A stretch of DNA of 64,000 nt from Candidatus Levyibacteriota bacterium (GTDB taxonomy: Bacteria; Patescibacteriota; Microgenomatia; Levybacterales; UBA12049). Of the stretch, positions 38,142 through 48,020 are shown piece after piece. The translations under genes were made by a program, and so were the position numbers. Every line of letters starts with the position of its first letter. Positions within the stretch are counted from its first letter, which is position 1. The stretch lies in assembly GCA_016204465.1 (NCBI GenBank), contig JACQKQ010000033.1:858-64857 (forward strand). The letters run 5' to 3'. Below the pieces are notes generated by a model. The model had not been told where the DNA came from and made no database searches. It saw only the letters and a program-made list of their open reading frames with translations.

Positions 38142-38795
38142 ATGAATAGTAATTTAGTATATGGTTTTCTCGACGAATCTCCTGCCTTAAGTGATGATGT
38201 GCTTTTCTTTTGTGTCGATATTGTTTCCACAAGCGATAAAACCAACAAGCAACTTCAGAATATTATCAAACGAGCAAGAAAAAGAGTTGTCAAAAAGAAA
38301 CTCAAATCTCTCTCCGAAATAAAATTCCATGATTCTGATGAAAGAACAAGGATATACGTTTTAAAAGAAATTGCGAAATATAATGTAAAGATCATTGCCG
38401 TTATAATTGACAAACAGGGAAGGGTGGTAAAAGATACTCCACTTAACTATGGAATTGCGGTCGGTACAACAATTGCTGAAATGCTCTCCGTATATCCGGT
38501 TTTAAATCTTACACTCGACAAAAAATTTACGAAAGGAGAGCAAGAAGTAGAATTTCTGAAATATGCTCAAGAAACAGTTGAAAAACTTGCTCCCAAAAAT
38601 AAAAGCGTTGTTTTCAATCCACCGAAGGACAGCAAGCAAGATAGTTTGTTACAACTAACTGATTTTGTCGCCGGAGCAATACAGGCAAAATATAATAACA
38701 AAGATAATCATTATGTCGAGATTATTCAGGACAAAATTGTAGTTGAAAAGATGATTAAGTGGACGAAGCTCAAAAAAAGAATAGTCAATCCCTGA
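38142..38795 (+). CDS. DUF3800-like protein (predicted RNase H-like fold)
   Basis: N-terminal YGFLDES, central EIKFH, LTLD, C-terminal DSKQDSLLQLTDFVAGAI. Confidence 0.82.
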   Translation: MNSNLVYGFLDESPALSDDVLFFCVDIVSTSDKTNKQLQNIIKRARKRVVKKKLKSLSEIKFHDSDERTRIYVLKEIAKYNVKIIAVIIDKQGRVVKDTPLNYGIAVGTTIAEMLSVYPVLNLTLDKKFTKGEQEVEFLKYAQETVEKLAPKNKSVVFNPPKDSKQDSLLQLTDFVAGAIQAKYNNKDNHYVEIIQDKIVVEKMIKWTKLKKRIVNP

Positions 38796-38918
38796 ACTCC
38801 GATTCTCACCGCCTCTCCGATGTGCATCGGAGTAAGATAGCTAAATTCATAGCTATTTTGCACGGAATAAGACAGTCTTACGGCCATCTAGAGTAGTCAG
38901 GACTTACTTGACTATTCT
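38772..38918 (-). ncRNA. Putative DUF3800-associated structured RNA, convergent with the gene
   Basis: 11-bp closing stem (38778-88/38908-18), inner stems, three hairpins, U7 tail on the minus strand, promoter immediately upstream. Confidence 0.7.
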
Positions 38919-38925
38919 ATTGATA

Positions 38926-38954
38926 ATATTATCACATTTTAGAGGGTTATTCAA
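38926..38954 (-). promoter_or_regulatory. Promoter for the putative antisense RNA
   Basis: Minus strand TTGAAT(38954-49)-17-TAATAT(38931-26) with TGn; predicted +1 about 38918. Confidence 0.6.
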
Positions 38955-39026
38955 GCACCAAAAATGCTTTGAAAATCTTCTTGTTAATGATACTATATCA
39001 GTACTCAAGATGAATTTTTTGAAATT

Positions 39027-39416
39027 TTACTGCGTTGCTTGCGAGCCGGAAGAAGAGGAAGTAGTGTATTTTTCGACAATGCGTACTAGGTCGTCTATAT
39101 CAAACGGTTTTGCGAGGAAGTCGTTTGCTTCAACTTCTTCTGCAATGCTTTTTGGGTCGTGGTTTGCAGAGATCATAATAATGGGAATATGTTTGGTCGT
39201 AGGATTTGTTCGAAGTATTTTTATAACTTGCTTTCCGTTAAGACCTGAAAGCCAAAAATCAAGCAGAATAACAGATGGAGAAAAAGCAACAATAGTTTGT
39301 GCAATTTTATCTCCATCTGCCAGAAGATGTACATCGTAACCCTTTTCTTCGAGTATTATCTTGATTACGTCAAGTATCGCAGGATCATCATCAACCACAA
39401 GCACACTCTTTTTCAT
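39027..39416 (-). CDS. Single-domain response regulator
   Basis: VLVVDDD, ILLDFWL, MISA, LAKPF. Confidence 0.92.
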   Translation of the reverse strand: MKKSVLVVDDDPAILDVIKIILEEKGYDVHLLADGDKIAQTIVAFSPSVILLDFWLSGLNGKQVIKILRTNPTTKHIPIIMISANHDPKSIAEEVEANDFLAKPFDIDDLVRIVEKYTTSSSSGSQATQ

Positions 39417-40873
39417 ACGGAATGTATTCTTGGAAGGGTAAAGTGAAATGTTGACCCCTTTGTCCTCGCGCTCTCTACCCAAATACGTCCCTGGTGCCGC
39501 TTTATTATTTCTGCGCAAATATACAAGCCAACCCCAAGCCCTGGAAAAGTTTCGCCGTTTGATCCGGAAATTCGAAAGAACCGTTCAAATACCCTTCTTA
39601 GATCTTCTTTACCAATCCCTATACCAAAGTCCGTTACACTCACTTTAACCATACTGTCAACTTTTGCAACGTTCACGTGCACCTCGTTTGATTTTGGTGA
39701 GTACTTCATCGCGTTTGTAAGCAAATTAATAAGCACTTGTTCAATACGTTCTTTATCTCCCGCAACGGTACACGCTTTGAGACTTTTAATAACAATTTTG
39801 TGCGATTCACTAATGCGCTGCATATCTTCAACAACCTCCTTGAGAAGTCCGTCAAGAGAAAATCTCGTTTTCTGAAACGTTAATTTCCCTGCCTGAATCT
39901 TGCTCACATCTAACAAATCAGCGATGAGATCGGTGAGCTTTTCTATCTGACGATCGATTTTCAAAAGAAACCTTGAGGACTCACTGTTCCCTTGTTTTTC
40001 CAGCTGTTTTTGCAGGATTTGTACATATGCTTTAATGCTTGTGATTGGTGTTTTTAGCTCATGGGAAGCAATGCTTATAAACTCATCTTTGCGCTTCTCG
40101 ACTTTCTTTCTCTCCGTCACATCATGGAGGATATTTATAGACATTAGTGGTTTGCCAAAGTCATCAAACATAGCGCGCGCTTTTATAATAACCCATTTTT
40201 CCTCGTTTGTCTGTTTGTTTCGATAACGAATGAGCGCTTCAGGATTTGTTTCTCCAAGCATTGCTTTTCTTCCCGGTAGCCGTTCAAGCGGAAATGGATT
40301 GCCCGACTCATCCATAAGTTCAAACTTTTCCATAATCTTGTCTGGCGGTGTTTTTACCATGTCCTCGCCTGTTGGAAACCCTGCCGCAATCCCCGCAGCA
40401 TTGTTGGCGTATACAAGCTTTCCTGTTTCATTTTGAACAGTTATACCGTCTGCAATTCCTTGTAAGATGACTTCCAGTTCATCCCGAGACTTTTGAAGCG
40501 CTTCTTCTGTCTTTTTCTGGTTGGAGATATCCCTTTTTATGCCAACATAGCAGAGTATTTTTCCGCGTTCGTCTTTGACAGCAAATGCGGAAAGATCTAT
40601 TGGTATTTTTGTTCCGTCTTTTGCCCGAATTTCATGGATGCCACGGTACTGATTGTTTTTTTGTAGCTCTTTGACGATTTTATTGAACGCGCGTTTCCCA
40701 AAATGGATTGCCGGCGTTTTCTGGTGCAACTCGTTGTCTGTGTAGCCGATAAGTTTTCGGTGCGCAGCATTTTGCTCAAGATAAAACCCTTCACTGCTAA
40801 TGATGCCAATGGCGTCTTTTGAGGCAAGGAATATCCGTTTATACAATTTGTCGTAAAACACTGGAAGTGCCAT
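39413..40873 (-). CDS. Cytoplasmic PAS-PAS sensor histidine kinase
   Basis: Two PAS/PAC regions; ASHELKTP, NLLTNAMKYS, DFGIGI, GLGVGL. Confidence 0.93.
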   Translation of the reverse strand: MALPVFYDKLYKRIFLASKDAIGIISSEGFYLEQNAAHRKLIGYTDNELHQKTPAIHFGKRAFNKIVKELQKNNQYRGIHEIRAKDGTKIPIDLSAFAVKDERGKILCYVGIKRDISNQKKTEEALQKSRDELEVILQGIADGITVQNETGKLVYANNAAGIAAGFPTGEDMVKTPPDKIMEKFELMDESGNPFPLERLPGRKAMLGETNPEALIRYRNKQTNEEKWVIIKARAMFDDFGKPLMSINILHDVTERKKVEKRKDEFISIASHELKTPITSIKAYVQILQKQLEKQGNSESSRFLLKIDRQIEKLTDLIADLLDVSKIQAGKLTFQKTRFSLDGLLKEVVEDMQRISESHKIVIKSLKACTVAGDKERIEQVLINLLTNAMKYSPKSNEVHVNVAKVDSMVKVSVTDFGIGIGKEDLRRVFERFFRISGSNGETFPGLGVGLYICAEIIKRHQGRIWVESARTKGSTFHFTLPRIHSV

Positions 40874-40940
40874 CTATTTATTTACGTTAGAGTGTGTGCG
40901 TGAGAAAAAAAGAAAAGTACGGTAAGGAACGTGTAAGGGA

Positions 40941-43115
40941 CTACTGTGGTACGGTAATCGTTACAGAGAGAACAGGGTGTTGTATCCGGGGCTTTTTTGG
41001 GGTAGGCTTTGCTGTTTCTGTCGTTGGCTTTGGTGTTTGGGCTGGTGAGATTGTTGGTATTGTTGTTCCATCAGTAGGCAAAGGCGTTGCTGATAGATTT
41101 GGTGATGGAGTTTGGGTTTGTGATGGCGTAGCAAGCACACATGCTTTTTTGGGCTCTGTGCCTTCAAGGAAGTACTCTAATCTGGCCGACATTGTGGAAA
41201 CTGAAACAATTCGGCCATTTTGAAAACACAAAGATGTCGCAACAATATTGCTTGGTTTTTCAAATCGTTCAATGGGTGTTTCTTGTAGGAATCGTTCCAT
41301 AAGTTGTCGCCAAATTGGGGCTGCGCCAAGCGATCCGGCAACGCTATCCATAGGTTTGCCATCGTTGTTGCCCACCCACACACCAACAGCAAGGCTTGGC
41401 GTGTAGCCAATCGTCCAGGCATCCTTGTAATTTTCTGTTGTACCTGTTTTTACCGCTGCAGGACGCGAAATAGTAAGCGCGTTGCCAAATACTTCTTGTC
41501 TTGCATTGTTATCGGAAAGAATAGATGAGACAAGAAATGCAATTCCTTCGTCAACAACTGCCTGTGGATTATTCTTATGCTTAAAAATAACATTATTTTG
41601 TTTATCAAATATTTCGAGAATAGAAACTGGTTTGTTGTATATTCCTTTGTTAGCAAATGTGGCATACGCATTGGTCAGTTCAACAAGCTTTACTTCGCCT
41701 GCTCCAAGTACAAGCGATAAACCATAGCTTGACGGATTTTGTAACGTTTCTATGCCAAGCAGTTTTGCTTGTTCAATCGCCTTTGGAACACCAAGTTTGG
41801 CAAGAACAGCAACAGAGGGTACATTGAGCGAATTTGCGAGTGCGCGGCGCACAGTTACCCGTCCCCTGAAGCGTCTGTCGTAATTTTGCGGAGTGTAGAC
41901 TTGGCTGTCAAATCGGTACGTTGTTGGTTCATCTTTAAGTATGCTAACAGGCGTAATAAGTCTTTCTTCCAATGCTTTGGAGTACACAATTGGTTTAAAC
42001 GCGGATCCGGGTTGTCGCGGGGCAAGTGCTACATTTACTCTTCCAAAAGATGCGTTTTGCCAATTAATGCTTCCCACCATTGCCAATATTTCACCTGTTT
42101 TTGGATCCACGACAACTGTGGCACCGTTGGTTACGCCATTTCTTGCAAGAGTTTGCACCTGCCTTTCAACCGTGTCCTGCGCAAATTCTTGCCAGTCGCT
42201 CTTTAGCGTTGTTTTCACCTTAAAGCCGTATCGTGCGATTCTTTCCTCTCCATACTGTTTCATAAGTTCATCTCTAACCATCATTGCAAAATGCGGTCCA
42301 AATATATTGAGCCCGTCGCCCACATCATACAGCGTAGGTGTTTCGGCAAGCGCTTGTTCCATATTTTCTTTTGCAATAAATCCAAAGTTTACCATCTTCT
42401 CAAGGATAATTTTTTGGCGTTTTTTTGCTTGTTCAATGTTTCCCGAAATTGGAGAAAGTTTTGACGGTGATGGGAGAACTGCGATAAGTAAACTTGCTTC
42501 TCCAAGTGTTAGATCTTTTGCGTGTTTTCGAAAATACCGCAGGCTTGCATCCTCTGCGCCAAACGCGCCCTCGCCAAAATAGACGGAATTAAGATACATC
42601 TCTAAAATCTCGTTTTTGCTGTAGCGTCGCTCTATTTCTTGGGCGAGCACTAGTTCTTGATACTTTCGCAAGAAGTCTTTTCGCGAATTTAGTAATGCGT
42701 TTTTCACAAGCTGCTGTGTAATTGTTGAACCTCCTGACTTGAGTTCGCCAGACTGAAGATTCACAACAACAGAGCGAACAATCCCACGAATTGAAAATCC
42801 TGGGTGGTTGTAAAACTCTTTGTCCTCGGAGGCGATCACCGCAAACTGGAGGGTTTCCGGAATGTCCGATAGGGAAACGTACTGTTTGTGTTTTGCATCA
42901 AAGAGGGTAAAAAATGGCTTATTGTTTCTGTCAAGCAGGACAACACCGGTATCGTTGCGATTCATGATGCTGTCCTTTGTTGTGAGATCGTTAATAAAGT
43001 ATGCGTAGGTAAAAACTGGGATAACGAGGATAAGTCCGGTCATGCCGAGAAGGACGACCACGACCTCACTTTTTCGAATAGTAAAAATGCGATAAAACCA
43101 GCGCTTCATACACAA
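40941..43115 (-). CDS. Class A penicillin-binding protein (PBP1A family)
   Basis: EDKEFY, GGSTITQQLVKN, RKYQE, GSAFKP, SLN, KTGTT. Confidence 0.95.
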   Translation of the reverse strand: MCMKRWFYRIFTIRKSEVVVVLLGMTGLILVIPVFTYAYFINDLTTKDSIMNRNDTGVVLLDRNNKPFFTLFDAKHKQYVSLSDIPETLQFAVIASEDKEFYNHPGFSIRGIVRSVVVNLQSGELKSGGSTITQQLVKNALLNSRKDFLRKYQELVLAQEIERRYSKNEILEMYLNSVYFGEGAFGAEDASLRYFRKHAKDLTLGEASLLIAVLPSPSKLSPISGNIEQAKKRQKIILEKMVNFGFIAKENMEQALAETPTLYDVGDGLNIFGPHFAMMVRDELMKQYGEERIARYGFKVKTTLKSDWQEFAQDTVERQVQTLARNGVTNGATVVVDPKTGEILAMVGSINWQNASFGRVNVALAPRQPGSAFKPIVYSKALEERLITPVSILKDEPTTYRFDSQVYTPQNYDRRFRGRVTVRRALANSLNVPSVAVLAKLGVPKAIEQAKLLGIETLQNPSSYGLSLVLGAGEVKLVELTNAYATFANKGIYNKPVSILEIFDKQNNVIFKHKNNPQAVVDEGIAFLVSSILSDNNARQEVFGNALTISRPAAVKTGTTENYKDAWTIGYTPSLAVGVWVGNNDGKPMDSVAGSLGAAPIWRQLMERFLQETPIERFEKPSNIVATSLCFQNGRIVSVSTMSARLEYFLEGTEPKKACVLATPSQTQTPSPNLSATPLPTDGTTIPTISPAQTPKPTTETAKPTPKKPRIQHPVLSVTITVPQ

Positions 43116-43268
43116 TATGTCTTATAAGGATAAGAGGTACGTGTAAGATGCGATGAAACATTTTGTAAGAATTAGATTAGCGACGCGCTTTTGCGAATGC
43201 GGGTTTTCGCGTCCCAAACAGTTCAAGGAGCTTACGAATGAGTCTTTTTACCACAATTAACCTCCTTT

Positions 43269-44327
43269 CTAGAAATAACGCCAGGTTTTGTATTTTGCAC
43301 GGAGTTGCTCTTTTGTAATAGCAACAGGAGCAAGACTGATGCTTTTTTCAAATCCTAAATCGAGAAGCTGCGCAGCCCACAAGTCTCGTTCAACAATGCC
43401 CGGCGCGCCAAGGAGGAGAACAAGCATACCTTTTCCTTCGCGGGTAGCAACGACAATGGTCGTTTTTCCCGCGGCTTCGGTATTTCCAATCTTAACACCT
43501 TGCACTCCCGGATACACTCCCAAAAGCCCGTTCCAGTTGTTAAGATAAAAGCGCTTATCGTGCCTTGCTGTTATATCTGCAAAATCTTTTCCGACAAGCT
43601 CTGCTAAAGGAGGGTAATTTTGCATGGCATAATGCGTAAGTATTGCTAAATCTTCAACGCTGCTAAAATGATTGAGGTTATCAAATCCTTGCGGGTTAGT
43701 AAAATGGGTGTTTTTTAATCCTAGCATTCTTGATTTTTCATTCATTGCGTTAATAAAAACAAGCTCGCCATACGTTACGTCAATGCCGTCTTGGATAGCT
43801 TTCGCTGCATCGTTTGCCGAGGAAAGGAGTGTAGCTGCCAACAAGTCACGAAGGGGAATTTTTTCGCCTGGCTTGAGCATAATTTTACTTGGCGCTGCTT
43901 TAGACGCTCGCTTCGTTACCGTTATCACATCGGTAGGCTTGGCAAGGTCAAGGGCTACAATCGCTGTCATTACTTTCGTAAGCGATGCGATGGAAAGCTT
44001 TGTTGCAAGGTTTTTTTCTGCTAAAACCTCACCTGTATCAAAGTCGATTACACCATATGCCACAGCTTCATCAAAGGGAGCGCTTGCAAAGGATTGCGAG
44101 ATAAGTTGCGTTCTTTTTTGCAATCGGAAGGAGGAAGGCTTGGTCTGCAGTTTTGGCCGGATTAAGTCCATTATATTTGCTTTTGCAGGGAGGGGAGAAA
44201 ATAGCTTTGAAGTTCGTATGTTGGTGTGTTGCAACGCAACAATGAGAAAAATAACAAAAAAGCAGAGCCAAAAAATTTTCCATCGTGAATGTTTTTTTTC
44301 TGACGAGAATGAAAATTCAACCTCCAT
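43269..44327 (-). CDS. D-alanyl-D-alanine carboxypeptidase (peptidase S11)
   Basis: ASLTK, SANDAA, KIG. Confidence 0.88.
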   Translation of the reverse strand: MEVEFSFSSEKKHSRWKIFWLCFFVIFLIVALQHTNIRTSKLFSPLPAKANIMDLIRPKLQTKPSSFRLQKRTQLISQSFASAPFDEAVAYGVIDFDTGEVLAEKNLATKLSIASLTKVMTAIVALDLAKPTDVITVTKRASKAAPSKIMLKPGEKIPLRDLLAATLLSSANDAAKAIQDGIDVTYGELVFINAMNEKSRMLGLKNTHFTNPQGFDNLNHFSSVEDLAILTHYAMQNYPPLAELVGKDFADITARHDKRFYLNNWNGLLGVYPGVQGVKIGNTEAAGKTTIVVATREGKGMLVLLLGAPGIVERDLWAAQLLDLGFEKSISLAPVAITKEQLRAKYKTWRYF

Positions 44328-44330
44328 ACG

Positions 44331-45887
44331 TTAATAAATATATTGCTGGTAACCCCAAGCAAGCAATGCAATATTATATCCTTGATAGTCAGGGTTAATT
44401 GGGGTTCTTGCATCAATAAAATATCCTTCGCTTGCCAACCTTGCAATACCGTTGTCTTTAAAGTACGCGGCAAGAATTTTTGCTGATACTTCGGGTTGCA
44501 ACGCAAGGTTAGGATTTTTGACAAGCTCATCACCTACGCCAATACGCTGCCCCATTGTTTTGTAGTTGCGAAGATGCGTTAACTGAATAAACCCTCGCCC
44601 AAAATAGTTTGTTCCGCCTTCGTACCCAAGCCGACGAGCGTTTTTTCGACCCTTAAACTCTTCAATTGGTTCAAACGTGCCCGCTGTTTCGTGCTCGATT
44701 GTTGCAAGTGCGTACGCAAGGATATTTGGATCTAAAATATTTTCGTCCTCAAGTGCTTTTACAATAAACGGAACGTTTTTTATAGCTGCGGCGCGCGCTT
44801 GGAGAGGGACAACGCGTGAGACTCGTTCAATCGTCATTTGGGAAAGTGGCGTTTTTAGCGTATTAGCAAGCCGTAGGCGGTCAATATTTTCCTTTGACCT
44901 AGAGAACGGGTATTTGTCACCATTGCCGTACCATGCGGTTTCAATAACGGTTTTTTCTTTTGGAATGTACAGGGAAAAATCATTCAGCACTGCGCTGACT
45001 TTTTGCCAATAGTCATTTTTCTCATATCCATAGATAGGATTTGTTAATATGCCTTTCTGTGTCTCAAGTGGTGCAAAATCGTACGCCATGACAAAAATCG
45101 AATCTGCATGCGTTGCAAGCAGGTTTATATCGTAAAAAGCATTGTGCGAAGCTATGGTAGGTAGTGCGACAGTAACAGTTGCATATGGAAACCGAGCATG
45201 TACAAAATCGGTAAGATCCTTTACAAACTTCACGAATTTCTCTCTATATGCTTGTCCATTGCTTCCCTTGTATTCAAAATCAATTGCTACACCGTTAATT
45301 CCTTTTGTTTCTATTTCGAAAATGGCTTCTAAAGCAAGCGTTTCCTGAGCAAGTGGATTGTCAAGGAATTGCTCTATCTCATTGGTGTTTGTTTGCGTAA
45401 GGGTTGCGAGAACTGTTTTATTGCTTTCACGAGCATGTTGGAAGAATAATGTTGCCTGTTCGGAAGAAAAAATACTATATCCGTCGTTTTCTTTATCTAT
45501 AGTGCCGTCTTCCAAAACGGGCAAGTCAAAAAAAGCAAATATATCCGCATTATCTATATCTACGTTGTCAAATTTTGTGCTTGTCCACCCGGGAATAAAA
45601 GAGAAAAATTTAAGTGTTTTTTCTTGCGCGTTGAGATTGCCAAGGAGCGAGAATGGCGATGCAAGAGGAGAAATAAACGTGCTTGTGACTTTCATGCTGG
45701 CAGAAATGACAATGAACATGCAAAGCAAATCAATAGCTATGCCTAAAAGGTACTGATTTCGCTTATTGACAGTGACAGCAGGAGGGTCCCTCCATGAAAA
45801 TACTGCCTCGGAATAGGCAGTAGTGTTTTTTCTGAACAGCTTTTTTGCAAGACAAGAAGCTGCTTTTGAAAATTGTTGTAATAACAC
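44331..45887 (-). CDS. GH18-like plus GH19/lysozyme-like glycoside hydrolase fusion (start uncertain)
   Basis: INGVAIDFEY and VMAYDF (GH18); AYALATIEHET...YFGRGFIQLTHLRNY (GH19). Confidence 0.8.
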   Translation of the reverse strand: MLLQQFSKAASCLAKKLFRKNTTAYSEAVFSWRDPPAVTVNKRNQYLLGIAIDLLCMFIVISASMKVTSTFISPLASPFSLLGNLNAQEKTLKFFSFIPGWTSTKFDNVDIDNADIFAFFDLPVLEDGTIDKENDGYSIFSSEQATLFFQHARESNKTVLATLTQTNTNEIEQFLDNPLAQETLALEAIFEIETKGINGVAIDFEYKGSNGQAYREKFVKFVKDLTDFVHARFPYATVTVALPTIASHNAFYDINLLATHADSIFVMAYDFAPLETQKGILTNPIYGYEKNDYWQKVSAVLNDFSLYIPKEKTVIETAWYGNGDKYPFSRSKENIDRLRLANTLKTPLSQMTIERVSRVVPLQARAAAIKNVPFIVKALEDENILDPNILAYALATIEHETAGTFEPIEEFKGRKNARRLGYEGGTNYFGRGFIQLTHLRNYKTMGQRIGVGDELVKNPNLALQPEVSAKILAAYFKDNGIARLASEGYFIDARTPINPDYQGYNIALLAWGYQQYIY

Positions 45888-46075
45888 CGAGCAACTTAAG
45901 GCAGTGGAGAATAATAAAGAGGCTTAAGTTACAAGAGGTGGCATTTTAACACAAAATATTTTATTATGTCAAGTAAGAAATTAAAATTCAAGCAGTAGAG
46001 GGTAAGAAATTAGTAAGGGGACGGGTTTGGGGACGGTTGTGCTAGTTATTGTCAAAAGGGGATTTTTTTGTTAGG

Positions 46076-47542
46076 ATGTATGTCCTTGTGACACTGCCTG
46101 AAAATATTGCTTTTGTTGATGTCGAGACAACCGGTATGCGATTCTTGCGCGATCGCATTATCGAAATAGGTATTCTTCGGATAGAAAAGAATAAACTCAT
46201 TGATACCTACACAACGCTTATTAACCCTGGCCTTCGAATTCCTCCAGAAATACTTGCTTTCACCGGCATTTCACCATCAGATCTTGATAAAGCGCCGACA
46301 TTCCAGCAGGTTGCCGATGATATTGCTCAGCTCCTTTCTGGATGCACGTTTGCAGCGCACAACGTCCAGTTTGATTACAGTTTTGTGAGAAACGAATTCA
46401 AACGGCTAGAACGCCATTTCCAAGCACGCTACTTTTGCACCGTAAAACTCTCCCGTTCTCTTTTTCCTAGATTCAAATCGCACAATCTTGATAGCATTAT
46501 CGAACGTTTTTCTATTCCCTGTCCAAGGCGCCACCGAGCGCTTGATGACGCAACGGTGTTATGGAAATTTTATCAGCACGTCCAAAAATCATTACCAAAG
46601 AAAACAGTACTAAAATCATTTGAAAAAGTAACAAAACAGCCATCGCTTCCTACAAATCTTGAAACAAACGTCCAAGCCATTCCGGAGAGCCCTGGCGTGT
46701 ACATTTTTTATGCATCCGACAACACGCCGCTCTACGTTGGAAAAAGCAAGAATATTAGGCAACGGGTGTTTTCACACTTCTCAAGTAGCGAGCGATTTAT
46801 TCTCAAAATGCAGACAAGCGTAGCCCGAATTGAAACAATCAAAACTGCGGGAGAAGTCGGGGCGCTTCTTAAGGAATCACAGCTTATAAAAACACTCCAG
46901 CCGCTCTACAACAGGACACTTCGAAATAGAAAAAAGCTCGTTGTTTTGTCGCAAACGCAAGACAAAAATGGTTATTACAGCGTTGCGATCGAAGCGACAG
47001 ACGCCATTTCCAAAAGCGACACAGCAATAATCCTTTCTGTTTGTAAAACAGCTAGAGAAGCAAAACGGATTTTGGCAAACCTTGCGGAAGAATACGGTCT
47101 TTGCGAGAAATTGCTCTCTTTAGAACACACGACAACGTCATGTTTTGCCTATCGTTTGGAAAAATGTATTGGCGCGTGCGTTGGGCAAGAAAGGCCGATT
47201 TCGTACAATATGCGATTTATCCAAGCATTTGCAAAGACCCGGATTAGGCGGTGGCCATTTAAAAATCCAATTCTTATCGAGGAGGTGCATCCACTAAATA
47301 ATACTCGTGATTTTTTTGTTGTTGACAATTGGTGTCTTGTTGCGACAGGCAGTATTGACGAGAATGGCTTTTATAGTGGCAAAAGCTACGAATTAACCTT
47401 TGATAAAGATTATTATCAAGTTTTCCTCAAGACCCTTCTTTACAAACGACACACGCTTCGCATTACACAACTAACCGACCGTTATAGTCTTGATAGTGTA
47501 CTCTCGCAATTTTGTCAGAACAGCCTTGCTACTTTTTCTTAA
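46076..47542 (+). CDS. DEDDh 3'-5' exonuclease fused to UvrC/Cho-like GIY-YIG nuclease
   Basis: FVDVETTG, AHNVQFD, HRALDD; PESPGVY, LYVGKSKNIRQRVFSHF, LQPLYN; C-terminal Cys cluster. Confidence 0.88.
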   Translation: MYVLVTLPENIAFVDVETTGMRFLRDRIIEIGILRIEKNKLIDTYTTLINPGLRIPPEILAFTGISPSDLDKAPTFQQVADDIAQLLSGCTFAAHNVQFDYSFVRNEFKRLERHFQARYFCTVKLSRSLFPRFKSHNLDSIIERFSIPCPRRHRALDDATVLWKFYQHVQKSLPKKTVLKSFEKVTKQPSLPTNLETNVQAIPESPGVYIFYASDNTPLYVGKSKNIRQRVFSHFSSSERFILKMQTSVARIETIKTAGEVGALLKESQLIKTLQPLYNRTLRNRKKLVVLSQTQDKNGYYSVAIEATDAISKSDTAIILSVCKTAREAKRILANLAEEYGLCEKLLSLEHTTTSCFAYRLEKCIGACVGQERPISYNMRFIQAFAKTRIRRWPFKNPILIEEVHPLNNTRDFFVVDNWCLVATGSIDENGFYSGKSYELTFDKDYYQVFLKTLLYKRHTLRITQLTDRYSLDSVLSQFCQNSLATFS

Positions 47543-47729
47543 GCACCGGAAGACCGGTTTTTTTTACTTCAAGAACTTGAAATCCCGCTGGAAGGTTGTC
47601 CATTACACCGCTTCGCTGTTCGCGGGCAAAAAAGTATATTGTTTGCCGTTTTCCGCTTCCTCGAAGCGTTACGTCTTTTTTGTGTAGATAATATTTCTCG
47701 CCTTTTCTGTTCGTGTGTGTAAACGCCAT
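47529..47729 (-). CDS. Small basic hypothetical protein (66 aa)
   Basis: YYLH..VTLRG...TIYFF...LPAG...TGLPVLKK; strong SD AAGGAGGTGA. Confidence 0.85.
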   Translation of the reverse strand: MAFTHTNRKGEKYYLHKKDVTLRGSGKRQTIYFFAREQRSGVMDNLPAGFQVLEVKKTGLPVLKKK

Positions 47730-47757
47730 ATTTCACCTCCTTTCTTACATATTAGAG

Positions 47758-47895
47758 TATGTGAGTGGACATTATTGTCTTTTAGATCAACGCGGATTTT
47801 TTATCCGTGTTAATCCGTAAAGGCTCTCCTTTGGATTACACAGATACGTATTTATCCGTGAGATCAAAAACCGTTAAGGTTTGTCCAATCACATA
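47758..47895 (-). ncRNA. Putative structured 5' leader RNA
   Basis: 13/14-bp closing stem, GATC stem, three inner hairpins; TGGTATAAT (-10 at 47905-47900) directly upstream. Confidence 0.6.
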
Positions 47896-48020
47896 TAGTA
47901 TTATACCAGATACTCTCCTAGAGTCTCCAGATGAAACGTACAAAAGAGAAATGTAAGGATTTTGCAAGAAGAAGATAAAAATAATTGAGAATAACTCATC
48001 TGATTGCTATAATAAAGCCT

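Noticed and set aside
41941-44334. Long plus-strand ORFs (213 aa, 220 aa) and similar antisense ORFs elsewhere, e.g. 50927-51604
   Set aside because: They lie opposite well-supported genes and have no motifs.
46017-46035. GGGGACGG direct repeat upstream of the repair nuclease as a damage-response operator
   Set aside because: Only two 8-bp copies and no match to an SOS box I can support.
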